Assembly (NCBI GenBank): GCA_963705305.1 | Contig: OY970067.1 | Location: forward strand, 768,001 to 832,000 | From: an uncultured Methylomirabilota bacterium | GTDB lineage: Bacteria > Methylomirabilota > Methylomirabilia > Methylomirabilales > 2-02-FULL-66-22 | Reading direction: 5' to 3' | DNA length: 64,000 nucleotides | In this document: positions 38,829-49,286 of the stretch, one piece after another | Layout: the number at the start of each line of letters is the position of its first letter | Position numbering within the stretch: position 1 is the stretch's first letter | Made by a program: the position numbers and the translations under genes | Notes under the pieces: model-generated | The model's input: the letters and a program-made list of their open reading frames with translations, nothing else | Databases searched by the model: none | What the model was told of the DNA's origin: nothing

Positions 38829-41726
38829 ATGCCCGATACGGCCGCCGCCGAGATGGCGGCGTTGACTCACGAGCTCACGAAGCACATCACGGGCGAGGTC
38901 CGCTTCGACCCGATGACCAAGGTGCTCTACAGCACCGACGCCAGCATCTACGAGATCGAGCCGCTGGGGGTCGTGCTTCCCAGGACGACGGAGGACGTCC
39001 TCGCCGCCGTGGAGATCTGCGCCCGCTACGGCGTGCCCATGCTCCCCCGCGGGGGCGGGACGGCCCTGAGCGGCCAATCCGTGGGCCGGGCGGTTCACCT
39101 GGACATGTCCAAGTACCTCAACAAGGTGCTGGAGGTGAACCTCGAAGCGCGCTGGGCCCGCGTGCAGCCCGGCGTGGTCTTGGACGAGCTGAACGCCGAG
39201 CTCCGCCCCCACGGCCTCTGGTTCGCGCCGGATGTCTCCCCCAGCAACCGGGCCACCCTGGGCGGCATGATGGGGAACAACTCGTCGGGGGCCCGATCCA
39301 TCGTGTACGGGAAGACCATCGATCACGTCCTGGAGCAGCAGGCGGTCCTGGCCGACGGGACCCGCATCGCGGCGCGCAGCCTCTCCGCCGACGAGCTCGG
39401 GAGGGCTCTGGAGGCCCCCACCCGCGAGGGGGACATCGTCCGGGCGGTCCGGCGTCTGGCCGACACCCACCGCGAGGAGATCCTGCGGCGCTATCCCAAG
39501 ATCATGCGCCGGGTGGGAGGCTACAACCTGGACGAGTTCGTCAACGGGAAGCCGTTCAACCTGGCGCGCATCCTGGTCGGTTCCGAGGGGACGCTGGCCA
39601 CGGTCCTGGAGGCCAGGATCAACCTGGTGCGGCGCCCCAGGCCCACCGAGACCGCCTTGATGGTCGTCCACTTCCCGGACATGTTCCAGGCCCTGGACGC
39701 CGGCCCCGAGATCCTGACCACGGGCCCGTCGGCGGTGGAATTCACGGACAAGTACATCCTCGACCTCAGCCGCTCCACGCTGGAGTACGCCCGCCAGCTG
39801 ACCTTCGTGGAGGGCGACCCCGGGGCGCTCCTGGTGGTGGAGTACACCGGGGAGACCCCGGGCGAGCTGGCGGCCAAGCTGGATCGGCTGGAATCCCGCC
39901 TCCGGCGCGAGAAGATCGGCATCGCCTATACCCGGGCCCTGACCGCCGAGGAGCAGCAGCGGGTATGGAAGGTGCGCAAGGTGGGTATGGGGCTCCTCCT
40001 GGGGATGAAGGGGGACCGCAAGCCGATCGCGGGGATCGAGGACACGGCCGTGGCGCCCGAGCGGCTGGCGGAGTACGTCCGCCGGATGGACGGCATCATC
40101 CGCGGCCACGGGGCGCGGGCCGCCTATTACGGACACGCCTCGGTGGGCTGTCTCCATGTCCGGCCCATCATCGACCTCAAGCAGGACCTCGAGGTGGAGC
40201 AGTTCCGCGCCATCTGCACCGAGGTGTGCGACCTGGTGATGGAGTTCGGCGGGGCCATGAGCGCCGAGCACGGGGACGGGCTGTCCCGCTCCTGCTGGAA
40301 CGAGAAGCTGTTCGGCCCCACGGTCTATCAGGCCTTCCGCGAGCTGAAGGCCGCCTTCGATCCCCGGAAGCTGATGAATCCCGGCAAGATCGTGGACGCG
40401 CCGTCCATGATCGAGAATCTCCGGTACGGGGGAAAGTACCGGACGCGCCAGCTCAAGACCGTCTTCAGCTTCGCGCGCGAGGGGGGCCTCGATCGCGCCA
40501 TCGAGATGTGCAGCGGGGCGGCCGTGTGCCGGAAGAAGCTGGAAGGGACCATGTGCCCCTCCTACATGGCCACGCTGGAGGAGGAGCACTCGACGCGCGG
40601 GCGGGCCAACGCCCTGCGGGCCGCCCTCAACGGCCACCTGCCGGCCGAGGCCCTGACCAGCCGGCGCATGTACGAGGTCATGGATCTCTGTCTGGAGTGC
40701 AAGGGCTGCAAGGCCGAGTGCCCCTCCAGCGTGGACATGGCCAAGCTCAAGTACGAGTTTCTGGCCCAGTACTACGCGCGCCACGGGACGCCCTTGCGGG
40801 CGAGGGTCTTCGGGAATGTCGAGCGGTTGAACCGTCTGGGCTGCGCCTTCGCCCCCGTGTCCAACTGGGTGATGGGCAGCGCGCCGGCCCGCTGGGCCCT
40901 CGATCGCTTCCTGGGCATCCACCGGAACCGGCGCCTGCCGCCCTTCGCCGCCCAGACCTTCGACCGCTGGTTCGCCTCCAGGGGCGGCCGCCGCCCCGCG
41001 GCGAGCCGGGGTCCGGTGGTCCTCTTCAACGACACCTACATGACCTACAACTACCCGGAGATCGGCAAGGCCGCCGTCAAGGTCCTGGAGTCCGCCGGCT
41101 TCGAGGTGATCCTCCCGGACAAGAAATGCTGCGGCCGCCCCCTGATCTCCAAGGGGCTGATCCGGCAGGCCAAGGCCAATGCCGCGTACAACGTGGACCG
41201 GCTCTTCCGGTACGCTTCCCAGGGCATCCCCATCGTCGGCTGCGAGCCGAGCTGCATCCTGACCTTCCGCGACGAGTACCCCGACCTCCTGGACGATCCG
41301 CGCGCCGGGCAGCTGGCCAAGCACGTCCTCCTGATGGAGGAATTTCTGGTGGGTCTGGAAGAGCGCGGGGAGCTCGACCTGCCGTTCGCCCGGGGCGTCA
41401 AGTCGCTTTTGGTGCACGGCCACTGCCACCAGAAGGCCCTGGTCGGGACCGCCCCCAGCCTGCAGGTGCTCCGCATGCTGCCGGGGGTCACGGTGGAGGA
41501 GGTGGATTCGGGATGCTGCGGCATGGCCGGCTCCTTCGGATACGAGAAGGAGCACTACGATCTCTCGCTGGCCATCGGCAGCCGCCGCCTGTTCCCCGCC
41601 GTCAAGGCCAAGGGCCCCGACTGGGACGTGGTGGCCGCCGGGATCTCCTGCCGGCAGCAGATCGCCCATGGCACCGGGCGGCGGGCCCGCCACCTGGTGG
41701 AGGTGCTGGCGGAGGCGCTGGCATAG
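38829..41726 (+). CDS. FAD-linked oxidase/Fe-S fusion (GlcD+GlcF-like, YdiJ-type 2-hydroxyacid dehydrogenase)
   Basis: YSTDASIY, PRGGGT, GSEGTL, EHGDG, CLECKGCKAECP, CCG motifs. Confidence 0.92.
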   Translation: MPDTAAAEMAALTHELTKHITGEVRFDPMTKVLYSTDASIYEIEPLGVVLPRTTEDVLAAVEICARYGVPMLPRGGGTALSGQSVGRAVHLDMSKYLNKVLEVNLEARWARVQPGVVLDELNAELRPHGLWFAPDVSPSNRATLGGMMGNNSSGARSIVYGKTIDHVLEQQAVLADGTRIAARSLSADELGRALEAPTREGDIVRAVRRLADTHREEILRRYPKIMRRVGGYNLDEFVNGKPFNLARILVGSEGTLATVLEARINLVRRPRPTETALMVVHFPDMFQALDAGPEILTTGPSAVEFTDKYILDLSRSTLEYARQLTFVEGDPGALLVVEYTGETPGELAAKLDRLESRLRREKIGIAYTRALTAEEQQRVWKVRKVGMGLLLGMKGDRKPIAGIEDTAVAPERLAEYVRRMDGIIRGHGARAAYYGHASVGCLHVRPIIDLKQDLEVEQFRAICTEVCDLVMEFGGAMSAEHGDGLSRSCWNEKLFGPTVYQAFRELKAAFDPRKLMNPGKIVDAPSMIENLRYGGKYRTRQLKTVFSFAREGGLDRAIEMCSGAAVCRKKLEGTMCPSYMATLEEEHSTRGRANALRAALNGHLPAEALTSRRMYEVMDLCLECKGCKAECPSSVDMAKLKYEFLAQYYARHGTPLRARVFGNVERLNRLGCAFAPVSNWVMGSAPARWALDRFLGIHRNRRLPPFAAQTFDRWFASRGGRRPAASRGPVVLFNDTYMTYNYPEIGKAAVKVLESAGFEVILPDKKCCGRPLISKGLIRQAKANAAYNVDRLFRYASQGIPIVGCEPSCILTFRDEYPDLLDDPRAGQLAKHVLLMEEFLVGLEERGELDLPFARGVKSLLVHGHCHQKALVGTAPSLQVLRMLPGVTVEEVDSGCCGMAGSFGYEKEHYDLSLAIGSRRLFPAVKAKGPDWDVVAAGISCRQQIAHGTGRRARHLVEVLAEALA

Positions 41727-41771
41727 GAGTCGCCGGGGGTGGCCCGCGGCCCGCTCGGGGAGGGGAACGTG

Positions 41772-42413
41772 ATGTGGTTCTTCACGCACAAGAGCGAGCG
41801 ACCCGCGACGAAGGAGGAGGCGCTGCCCGGCCGCGCCGAGCGCATGACCGTATCCGCGGCCCATACCGTGAACGGCCATCGGCTGGAGCCGCCCTTCCCT
41901 CAAGGGCTGGAAACCGCCCTGTTCGGCATGGGCTGCTTCTGGGGGGCCGAGCGGCTGTTCTGGCAGCAGAAGGGAGTCTATTCCACGGCGGTCGGCTACG
42001 CCGGGGGTTTCACCCCCAATCCCACCTACGAGGAGGTGTGCAGCGGCCGGACGGGGCATGCCGAGGTCGCGCTGGTGGTCTTCGACCCGGCGGCGACCGG
42101 CTACGAATCGCTCCTTCGCCTCTTCTGGGAGAACCACGACCCGACGCAGGGGATGCGCCAGGGCAACGACGCCGGCTCCCAGTATCGCTCCGCGATCTAC
42201 TGCAGTTCCGCCGCCCAGCGAGAGGCCGCCACAATCTCCCGCGAGAAGTACCAGCGGGCCCTCCGGCAGGCCGGGCTCGGGGCCGTCACCACCGAGATCG
42301 CCGACGCGCCCGAGTTCTACTATGCCGAGGACTACCACCAGCAGTACCTGGCCAAGAACCCCTGGGGGTACTGCGGCCATGGCGAGACCGGCGTCCGCTA
42401 TCCGGCGTCCTGA
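41772..42413 (+). CDS. msrA: Peptide-methionine (S)-S-oxide reductase
   Basis: [39 protein letters not shown]. Confidence 0.97.
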   Translation: MWFFTHKSERPATKEEALPGRAERMTVSAAHTVNGHRLEPPFPQGLETALFGMGCFWGAERLFWQQKGVYSTAVGYAGGFTPNPTYEEVCSGRTGHAEVALVVFDPAATGYESLLRLFWENHDPTQGMRQGNDAGSQYRSAIYCSSAAQREAATISREKYQRALRQAGLGAVTTEIADAPEFYYAEDYHQQYLAKNPWGYCGHGETGVRYPAS

Positions 42414-43383
42414 TTCCATCAAGATCTCCGGAGACCGCCCGATCCTGGTCATCCGGGGCGGGGCTATCGGCGACTTCGTCTTGACGCTGCCGGTCCTGCG
42501 CGCCTTGCGCCGACGCTTCCCCGCCTCCCGGCTGGCGGTGCTGGGTCGTCCCCACATCGCCCCCCTGGCCGCCGCGGGCGGCCTGGCGGAGGAGGTCCGC
42601 TCACTCGACGCGCGGGCCCTGGCCGCCTTCTTTGTCCGCGACGTTCCCCTCGATCCCGCCTGGGTCGGCTTTTTCGGGGACTTCGCCCTGATCGTCTCCT
42701 ATCTGCATGACCCCGACGGCATCTTCCACGGGAACCTGCGCCAGTGCTCCGGCGCCGAGCTCATTCTCGGGCCGCACCGTCCGGACGAGTCCCGGCCGCA
42801 GCACGCCACCGAGGTCTTCCTGCAGCCTTTGGGGCGTCTCGGGATCTTCGGTGCGGATCCCATACCGCACCTGACCCTGCACCGGTCCCCGGGCGACGGG
42901 CCGGCACCTCGGGACCGGTGCGAGGCCCCGCCCACCCTGGCCGCACATCCCGGCAGCGGCAGCCCGCGGAAGAACTGGCCGGAGCATCAGTGGGCGGCGC
43001 TGCTCGACCGGCTGATCCGCTGCACTGACGTCAGGCTGCTCCTGATCGGGGGGGAGGCCGAGGGCGGCCGGCTGGAGCGCCTGGCCCGCGGGTTGCCGGC
43101 CTCGCGCCTGCAGCTGGCCCAGGATCTGCCCCTGGTGGAGCTGGCGGAGCGGCTGGCGGCCTGCACGGCCTTCATCGGGCACGACTCGGGCATCTCCCAC
43201 CTGGCCGCCGCCCTTGGCCTGCCCGGGGTGGTGCTGTGGGGCGACTCGGTCGAGGCCGTCTGGCGTCCTCTCGGTCCCCGGGTCATGCTGCTGCGCGATC
43301 CGGACGGGCTGGGCGGTCTGTCCGCCGAGCGGGTATTCGAGGGATTGCATGCGGTGTGGGAAAAGGGGACGTTGGAACATTAA
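42379..43383 (+). CDS. Glycosyltransferase family 9 (ADP-heptose:LPS heptosyltransferase-like)
   Basis: [35 protein letters not shown]. The only nearby ATG overlaps the msrA end, so the start is uncertain. Confidence 0.85.
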   Translation: MARPASAIRRPDSIKISGDRPILVIRGGAIGDFVLTLPVLRALRRRFPASRLAVLGRPHIAPLAAAGGLAEEVRSLDARALAAFFVRDVPLDPAWVGFFGDFALIVSYLHDPDGIFHGNLRQCSGAELILGPHRPDESRPQHATEVFLQPLGRLGIFGADPIPHLTLHRSPGDGPAPRDRCEAPPTLAAHPGSGSPRKNWPEHQWAALLDRLIRCTDVRLLLIGGEAEGGRLERLARGLPASRLQLAQDLPLVELAERLAACTAFIGHDSGISHLAAALGLPGVVLWGDSVEAVWRPLGPRVMLLRDPDGLGGLSAERVFEGLHAVWEKGTLEH

Positions 43384-43721
43384 TTACCTTTTCGCAGTGG
43401 GAACCAATGGTTCCGAGACAACCCGCGTAATCTCGATCAACTCTCGTCTTCACTCAAGAGCTGGCCGCCGGGCAGAGCGAGGGGGCTCCCCCGCCGTATA
43501 CGGAACGCCGGCCCTCATCCGAGAATCAATGTCATAACCGAGGAGACGTTCTCCCTTCCCCCGGCTGGCCGTGTGCGGCCTGATTCTACGAGGGGCCTGT
43601 GGCATCCTCTGCCACAGAGTCGCCAACGGGACGCCAATGCACCCGGCGAACGCCACTGCCCACAGGATCAATGCCCCGCTCTAAGATCTCCTCCCTTATG
43701 GCTCTGCCAGGGAAAAACCCC

Positions 43722-43787
43722 TTGACAACCAGCGGGGGGCGGCGATAAGTAGTGTCCATATAATAAACTGGGTTCCAGATATGGAAC
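43722..43787 (+). promoter_or_regulatory. Promoter with IclR-type palindromic operator
   Basis: TTGACA at 43722; palindrome GTTCCAgaTaTGGAAC (43772-43787) plus a weaker tandem site gtgtccatataataaac. Confidence 0.6.
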
Positions 43788-43884
43788 AGGGCACGCAGGC
43801 AACTGAGCGGCGGTTTCTCGCCCATTTGCTCGGGAGAGGGATCGAGGTGTGACAACGCAGGCGAGGGGAAAAGGAGCTGAGACG

Positions 43885-44883
43885 ATGAAGGCAGCGGTCT
43901 GGAAGGGCCCCGAACAGCTCGACGTTGAAGAGATGTCGATTCCCTCGGTCAAGGATCCATTCGAGGTCCAGGTCAAGGTGGCTAGCTGCGGCGTGTGTGG
44001 CACGGACGTGCACATGCTGGATGGGAAATTCCCCATGTTCACGCCGCCCCGCGTGATCGGGCACGAATATGTGGGCACCGTGTCCGCCGTGGGAAGTGCC
44101 GTGACGAAATTCAAGCCCGGGGACCGAGTCGCCGTGGAGCAGGGCCTGCCCTGCGGTCGCTGCTACTACTGCCGCGACGGCCGGGAGAATCTGTGCGAAA
44201 GCCGCTTCGCCCACCCCGGCGGCTTCGCCGAGTACACTTGCGTCCTCGAGCGGATGTGCCACAAGCTACCGGATGGCCTCTCCTTCGATGTCGCGGCCCT
44301 GGCCGAGCCGGTGGCCTGCGCCCTCCGGGTCCTCGATATCGTGAAGGTCCGCTCGGGTGACATCGCCCTGGTGCAGGGCGGCGGGACGATCGGCTGCGTC
44401 ATGACGCAGCTGCTGCTGCATGGCGGCATCTGCAAGGTCATCCTGTCCGAGCCGGTTGCCCACCGGCGGGTCATCGCCAAGGAGCTGGGGGCCATCCCGG
44501 TGGATCCCAAGACCGAGGACCTGCCCGCCATTCTCAAGCGGGAGACGAACGGACTCGGACCGGAATACATCTTTGACTGCGTTGGAAACGCCAAGCTTCT
44601 CGAGCAGGGGGTCGATCTGGTTCAAAAGGGGGGGACGGTTTTTGTCGTCGGTGTGGCAGATCCGGAAGGCATCGCTTCGATCCGGCCGTACCGCCTCTTT
44701 GAAAAAGAGGTGAAGATTATGAGCTCAATCCTCCGGCCCTACACCTTCGCCCGGGCTGTCCGCTGGCTGCCGCATTTGAACCTCCAGCCGATCCTGGGCG
44801 TGGATTATCCGCTGGCCGAGACCAAGGCTGCGATTCAGGCGCTACGCGCGGGCAAGGGTGTCAAGATCCTGGTGAAGCCGTAA
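43885..44883 (+). CDS. Zn-dependent alcohol/polyol dehydrogenase (MDR)
   Basis: CGVCGTD, GHEY, CGRCYYC..C, LAEPVAC, GGGTIG. Confidence 0.93.
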   Translation: MKAAVWKGPEQLDVEEMSIPSVKDPFEVQVKVASCGVCGTDVHMLDGKFPMFTPPRVIGHEYVGTVSAVGSAVTKFKPGDRVAVEQGLPCGRCYYCRDGRENLCESRFAHPGGFAEYTCVLERMCHKLPDGLSFDVAALAEPVACALRVLDIVKVRSGDIALVQGGGTIGCVMTQLLLHGGICKVILSEPVAHRRVIAKELGAIPVDPKTEDLPAILKRETNGLGPEYIFDCVGNAKLLEQGVDLVQKGGTVFVVGVADPEGIASIRPYRLFEKEVKIMSSILRPYTFARAVRWLPHLNLQPILGVDYPLAETKAAIQALRAGKGVKILVKP

Positions 44884-44884
44884 G

Positions 44885-45122
44885 AGGCGGCTGAAAAAGG
44901 CCCATCTGTCCGCCGCAGGCGGATTGGCGCACTTGCGCACTCGCTGCGGCGTACCGGAAGTACGCCTTGACCCGCATGTGGCGGGTGCCCCGCCCCGGGT
45001 ACCCATCCCGAGGGATGGGTGACGCCGCCTTGCCGTTCGACAGGCTCACGGTCCCGAGCGAAGTCGAGGGACATCTGGACCCTTTTGACCAGCCTGGGTG
45101 AAAATGGGCTTTTCGCCTTCCT
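44885..45122 (+). mobile_element. MITE-like element, copy A, with nested REP-like hairpins
   Basis: Left end aggcggctgaaaaaggcccatctg; shares cgctgcg.cgtac..aagtacgcct, gccttgc and cccttttga.cagcct with 20504-20711. Confidence 0.75.
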
Positions 45123-45200
45123 GCTGGTATCCCGTCCCAGCGGCTCGCATCATAAGCCACAGCCCCGGGGGCGGCGAGACCGGCCGCCGCCTGCCGGGGG

Positions 45201-45968
45201 CTACATGCCCCGGTCGTGCCTGGCCAGCATCGATGGCGACAGTTGACTCGCCGCGTCCCGATCCAAGAAAAGGCAGACATCCGGGTGGGTCCGCAGAACT
45301 GAGGCGGGGGCCATCGGTCCGATCTCCCCTTCCAGGCACGCCTTCATCGCGCCGCTCTTCCGCCGCTCCGGCACCGTGCAAATGATCCGTTTGGCTTTCA
45401 GCACCTGCTTGATGCTCATCGAGATTGCGCGCGTGGGGACATCGTCGAAGGAGGCGAACCAGCCCTCGCCATACTGTTGGCGGCGACAGGCCTCGTCCAG
45501 ATTGACCAGAATGTAGGGCGCCTCAACGTCAAAGTCTGCCGGCGGATCGTTGAAGGCCAGGTGGCCGTTCTCCCCGACTCCAACGAACGCCACATCGATC
45601 GGGGTCGCTGCCAGGAGGCGATTCAGGCGGCCGACCTCCGCGGCAAGATTCCCCGCATCCCCCTGTATGAAGTGGACGGTGCCGATGGGCACACGCGTCG
45701 TCAACCGCTCGCGGAGGTACCGCCGAAAGCTGGCCGGGTGGTCGGCGGAAAGGCCGATGTATTCGTCCAGGTGAAACATTGTCGTCGCCTCCCACCTCAG
45801 ATCGGGCTCGGCGACGAGATCCTTGAGGAACTCGAACTGGGATGCCCCGGTCGCCGCGACAAAGGTCGCGGCCCCCTTTTGCCTGATCGCTTCTCGCAGG
45901 GTACTGGCGGCTCTCTCGGCCGCAGCGCGTGCCATCAGGTCGGCATTTTCGAAGACGCGCACTTGCAT
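45201..45968 (-). CDS. Glucosamine-6-phosphate deaminase/6-phosphogluconolactonase family protein
   Basis: ATGASQ, FHLDEYIG, HPASF, GVGENGHLAFNDP, PASVL..H. Confidence 0.9.
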   Translation of the reverse strand: MQVRVFENADLMARAAAERAASTLREAIRQKGAATFVAATGASQFEFLKDLVAEPDLRWEATTMFHLDEYIGLSADHPASFRRYLRERLTTRVPIGTVHFIQGDAGNLAAEVGRLNRLLAATPIDVAFVGVGENGHLAFNDPPADFDVEAPYILVNLDEACRRQQYGEGWFASFDDVPTRAISMSIKQVLKAKRIICTVPERRKSGAMKACLEGEIGPMAPASVLRTHPDVCLFLDRDAASQLSPSMLARHDRGM

Positions 45969-46232
45969 GGTCGCTCCTCCTCTCAGTCCGCATCGCTGAT
46001 CCCGTGCTCTGCACTCCCCTGCAGAGGCCGATCACCGGATGATTGCCGGGTCGGTCAGCGGGTGACCGGCCGGTGCTGCTCCCGGATATAGACGAGGTCC
46101 TCCTCGTTTCTGAAGAAGTCCATCCATACATAGTGCATGCGGCCCCCCCTGCCGGCCCGCACCCCGTGATGCGAGCCGGGAGGAATGTGCACGGAGCATG
46201 CGCCCCTCCGACGGGGGGACGGTCTCAGGCCT

Positions 46233-46739
46233 TCATCGTGCGTGCGCCGATTTCTTGAGGCGGCGGAAGAGGAGGATCCGCTTGGCGGGGCTCAGGCGGT
46301 CGACGAAGATCAAGCCGTCCAGGTGATCCACTTCATGCTGGAAGATGCGGGCGAGAATCTCCTCGCCTTCCAGCTCCACGGGCCGGCCGTGCCGGTTCAG
46401 TCCCCGCAGCCGGACCCGGCGGGGCCGGCGGACCGGCTCGTGAATGTCGGGCACGGAAAGGCAGCCTTCCTCCTCGAGGATCTCCCCCTCGCTGCCCAGA
46501 ATTTCGGGGTTGATCACGACCAGGAGCTGGTCCGGCCGCCGCTCGGAAGAGGGATTGGCGACGAACAGTCGCAGGGGGCTCCCGACCTGGTTGGCGGCCA
46601 GCCCCACCCCCGGCGCCGCGTACATCGTCTCCACCATGTCGTCGATGAGCTGCTGGAGCGCCGCGTCGACCTCGCCAACGGGCCGGGTCGGCTGTCGAAG
46701 AATGGGATCGCCATAGGACAGAATCGGTCGAATGGCCAT
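46233..46739 (-). CDS. def: Peptide deformylase
   Basis: GVGLAANQ, EGCLS, QHEVDHLDG. Confidence 0.98.
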   Translation of the reverse strand: MAIRPILSYGDPILRQPTRPVGEVDAALQQLIDDMVETMYAAPGVGLAANQVGSPLRLFVANPSSERRPDQLLVVINPEILGSEGEILEEEGCLSVPDIHEPVRRPRRVRLRGLNRHGRPVELEGEEILARIFQHEVDHLDGLIFVDRLSPAKRILLFRRLKKSAHAR

Positions 46740-46746
46740 GGCGCTC

Positions 46747-47760
46747 TCAGGCCAGCGGCAGGCTGGCTGCGGCATTCAGGTCCCAGCCGGCGCGCTCGCC
46801 GCGGCGAAGCCGGACCGCCCCCGCGGCGGCGATCATGGCGGCATTATCCGTGCACAGGCCGGGCGTGGGGATGAACAGCTGGAACCCCTCGGCCTCGGCC
46901 TCGGCCTTGAGCGCCTTCCTGAGCGCCCCGTTACAGGCCACGCCGCCCGCCACCACGACCCGTCCCACCCCCAGATCCCGCGCCGCGCGCATCACCCGGC
47001 CTACCAGCATGTCCACGGCGGCCTGCTGGAAGCTGGCGCAGATGTCGGGGATCTTCTCGGAGGGGACTCGGCCCGGCTCGCCCAGACTGCGCAGGGTGTG
47101 GACCACCGCCGTCTTGAGCCCGCTGAAGCTGAAATCCAAGCTGCCGTCGCTGAAGGTCGCGCGGGGGAAGGCAATCGACTCAGGATCGCCCTCCCGGGCC
47201 GCCTGCTCGATGAGCGGACCGCCGGGATAGCCCAGGCCGAGCAGCTTGGCCACCTTGTCGAACGCCTCGCCCGCGGCGTCGTCGCGCGTCCGACCCAGCG
47301 GCCGGTATGTGCACTCGGCCGGCACGTGATACAGATGGGTGTGGCCCCCCGACACCACCAGAGCCACGAAGGGGGGCGTGGGGGAGGGTGACTCCAGCTG
47401 CGCGGCCGCGATGTGCCCCTCCAGATGGTTCACCGCCGCCAGGGGGAGGCCCCGGCTGTAGGCGATCGCCTTGGCCACCGAGACGCCGACCAGCAGGGAG
47501 CCCACCAGACCCGGCCCGGCCGTGACGGCCAGGGCGGTCACCTCGTTGAGCGTGATGCCCGCGTCCCCCAGAGCGCGGTCGAGGACCGGGGTGATCACCT
47601 CCAGATGCCGCCGGGAGGCCAGCTCCGGCACGATTCCCCCGTACGGGGCATGCACTTCCGTTTGGGAGGCCACCACGCTACTGCGGAGACACCGGCCGTC
47701 CTCCAGGACGGCGGCGGCCGTCTCATCACACGATGTCTCGATGCCGAGAATCAACTCCAT
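46747..47760 (-). CDS. tsaD: tRNA N6-adenosine threonylcarbamoyltransferase
   Basis: LGIETSCDET, GGIVPELASRRH, NHLEGH, SGGHT, DDAAGEAFDK, TDNAAMI. Confidence 0.98.
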   Translation of the reverse strand: MELILGIETSCDETAAAVLEDGRCLRSSVVASQTEVHAPYGGIVPELASRRHLEVITPVLDRALGDAGITLNEVTALAVTAGPGLVGSLLVGVSVAKAIAYSRGLPLAAVNHLEGHIAAAQLESPSPTPPFVALVVSGGHTHLYHVPAECTYRPLGRTRDDAAGEAFDKVAKLLGLGYPGGPLIEQAAREGDPESIAFPRATFSDGSLDFSFSGLKTAVVHTLRSLGEPGRVPSEKIPDICASFQQAAVDMLVGRVMRAARDLGVGRVVVAGGVACNGALRKALKAEAEAEGFQLFIPTPGLCTDNAAMIAAAGAVRLRRGERAGWDLNAAASLPLA

Positions 47761-47841
47761 CGGAATGGCGCACCGGTGCGGAGTCATCGCCGCACCCCTG
47801 CCGGCGCTCGCCCGCCGCGCGCGCCGGCAGGGAGGCTCAGA

Positions 47842-49182
47842 CTAGCTCTTGGCCTGCCCCTCGGGCTTTTCCAGGATGCGCATGGCCTTCAGGAGCTCGA
47901 TGGCCCGCTGCAACTGGATGTCCTTGGCGGGATTGGCCACGTCCTGAGGGCCGATCTCCACTCCCTGGCCCTCCTGCTCGCCGATCTTCGGCTCCTGCGG
48001 CGGTTTGCTCTCCAGGAGCTGCTCTCCGGTCTTCTGTTCTCCCGCTTGCTGCTCCCCCGTCGCGGGAGCCGTGGCTGCAACTTTCGGAATCTCCACCTCG
48101 ATGTCCGGCGTGATGCCCACCCCCTGGATGGAGCGTCCCTTCGGCGTGTAGTACTTGGCCGTGGTCAGACGCAGTCCCGAGCCGTCGGAGAGGGGGATCA
48201 CCGTCTGCACCGACCCCTTGCCGAACGTCTGGGTCCCCAGGATCAGGGCGCGCTGCCAATCTTGCAGGGCGCCAGCGACGATCTCCGACGCGCTGGCCGA
48301 GCCGTGGTTGACCAACACGACCATGGGCAGCCTGGGGAGGTCGCTATTGTGCTCTGCGGTAAACCGCAGGTCCTGGTTCTGCTGGCGGCCCTTGGTATAG
48401 ACGATGAGCTGCCCTTTATCCAGGAACATATCGCTCACTGCCACCGCCTGGCTGAGCAGGCCGCCCGGGTCGTTCCTGAGATCCAGAACCAGGGCATTGG
48501 CCCCCTTCTTCACGGCGGCGTCCAGCACGCTCTCGAGATCCTTGGAGGTGCGCTCCTGGAAGGAAGTGATGCGAGCGTAGAAGATCCCGTCGCCCAGATC
48601 CTTGCTGCGGACGCTCTTGATTTCGATGACCTCGCGGACCAGCGTAACATCCATGGGCTCCGCGTGGCCTTCGCGGAGGATGCTGATGGTCACCTTGGAT
48701 CCCGTGGGCCCGCGCAGCCGCCGTACCGCCTCCATCAGGGTCATGTCCTTGGTCGGCTGGCCCTCGATTTTGACTATTCGATCGCCCGGCTGGATGCCGG
48801 CCTTATCGGCCGGCGTGCCTGCGATGGGTGCGACCACCGTGAGCATTCGGTCCTTGACCGTGATCTCGATCCCCAGCCCCCCGAAGCTGCCCTGCGTCTC
48901 GACCTGCATCTCCTTGAACATGTCCGGGGGCATGAAGGAGCTGTGTGGATCCAGGGTCTCCAGCATGCCCCGGATGGCCCCGTACATCAAATCCTTGGGG
49001 TTGACCTTCTCCACGTAGCTGGACTCCACGAGGGAGAGAATCTCGGTGAAAACCTTGAGATTCTCGTAGGTGCCCTCGACGGCCGTGGTCCCATGCTGGA
49101 CCCCGCCCGTGAGCAGAAGCAGCACCAGCGTCCCGACGATGAGGAGCCCTTTCGACTTCCCGCCGCGTCGCGTGGGGAACAT
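47842..49182 (-). CDS. ctpA: Carboxyl-terminal processing protease (S41, PDZ)
   Basis: LDPHS, GLGIEI PDZ, DLRNDPGG, SASASE, TFGKGSVQ. Confidence 0.93.
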   Translation of the reverse strand: MFPTRRGGKSKGLLIVGTLVLLLLTGGVQHGTTAVEGTYENLKVFTEILSLVESSYVEKVNPKDLMYGAIRGMLETLDPHSSFMPPDMFKEMQVETQGSFGGLGIEITVKDRMLTVVAPIAGTPADKAGIQPGDRIVKIEGQPTKDMTLMEAVRRLRGPTGSKVTISILREGHAEPMDVTLVREVIEIKSVRSKDLGDGIFYARITSFQERTSKDLESVLDAAVKKGANALVLDLRNDPGGLLSQAVAVSDMFLDKGQLIVYTKGRQQNQDLRFTAEHNSDLPRLPMVVLVNHGSASASEIVAGALQDWQRALILGTQTFGKGSVQTVIPLSDGSGLRLTTAKYYTPKGRSIQGVGITPDIEVEIPKVAATAPATGEQQAGEQKTGEQLLESKPPQEPKIGEQEGQGVEIGPQDVANPAKDIQLQRAIELLKAMRILEKPEGQAKS

Positions 49183-49286
49183 GAATCTTCTCCCTCCTCA
49201 GAAGAGCTGTCGACTCCGGGCAGGCGACCCTTCCCGCCCGGAAATTTTACCGCGCCCCATGCCCACCGGCGGACACTCGGCAGGGT

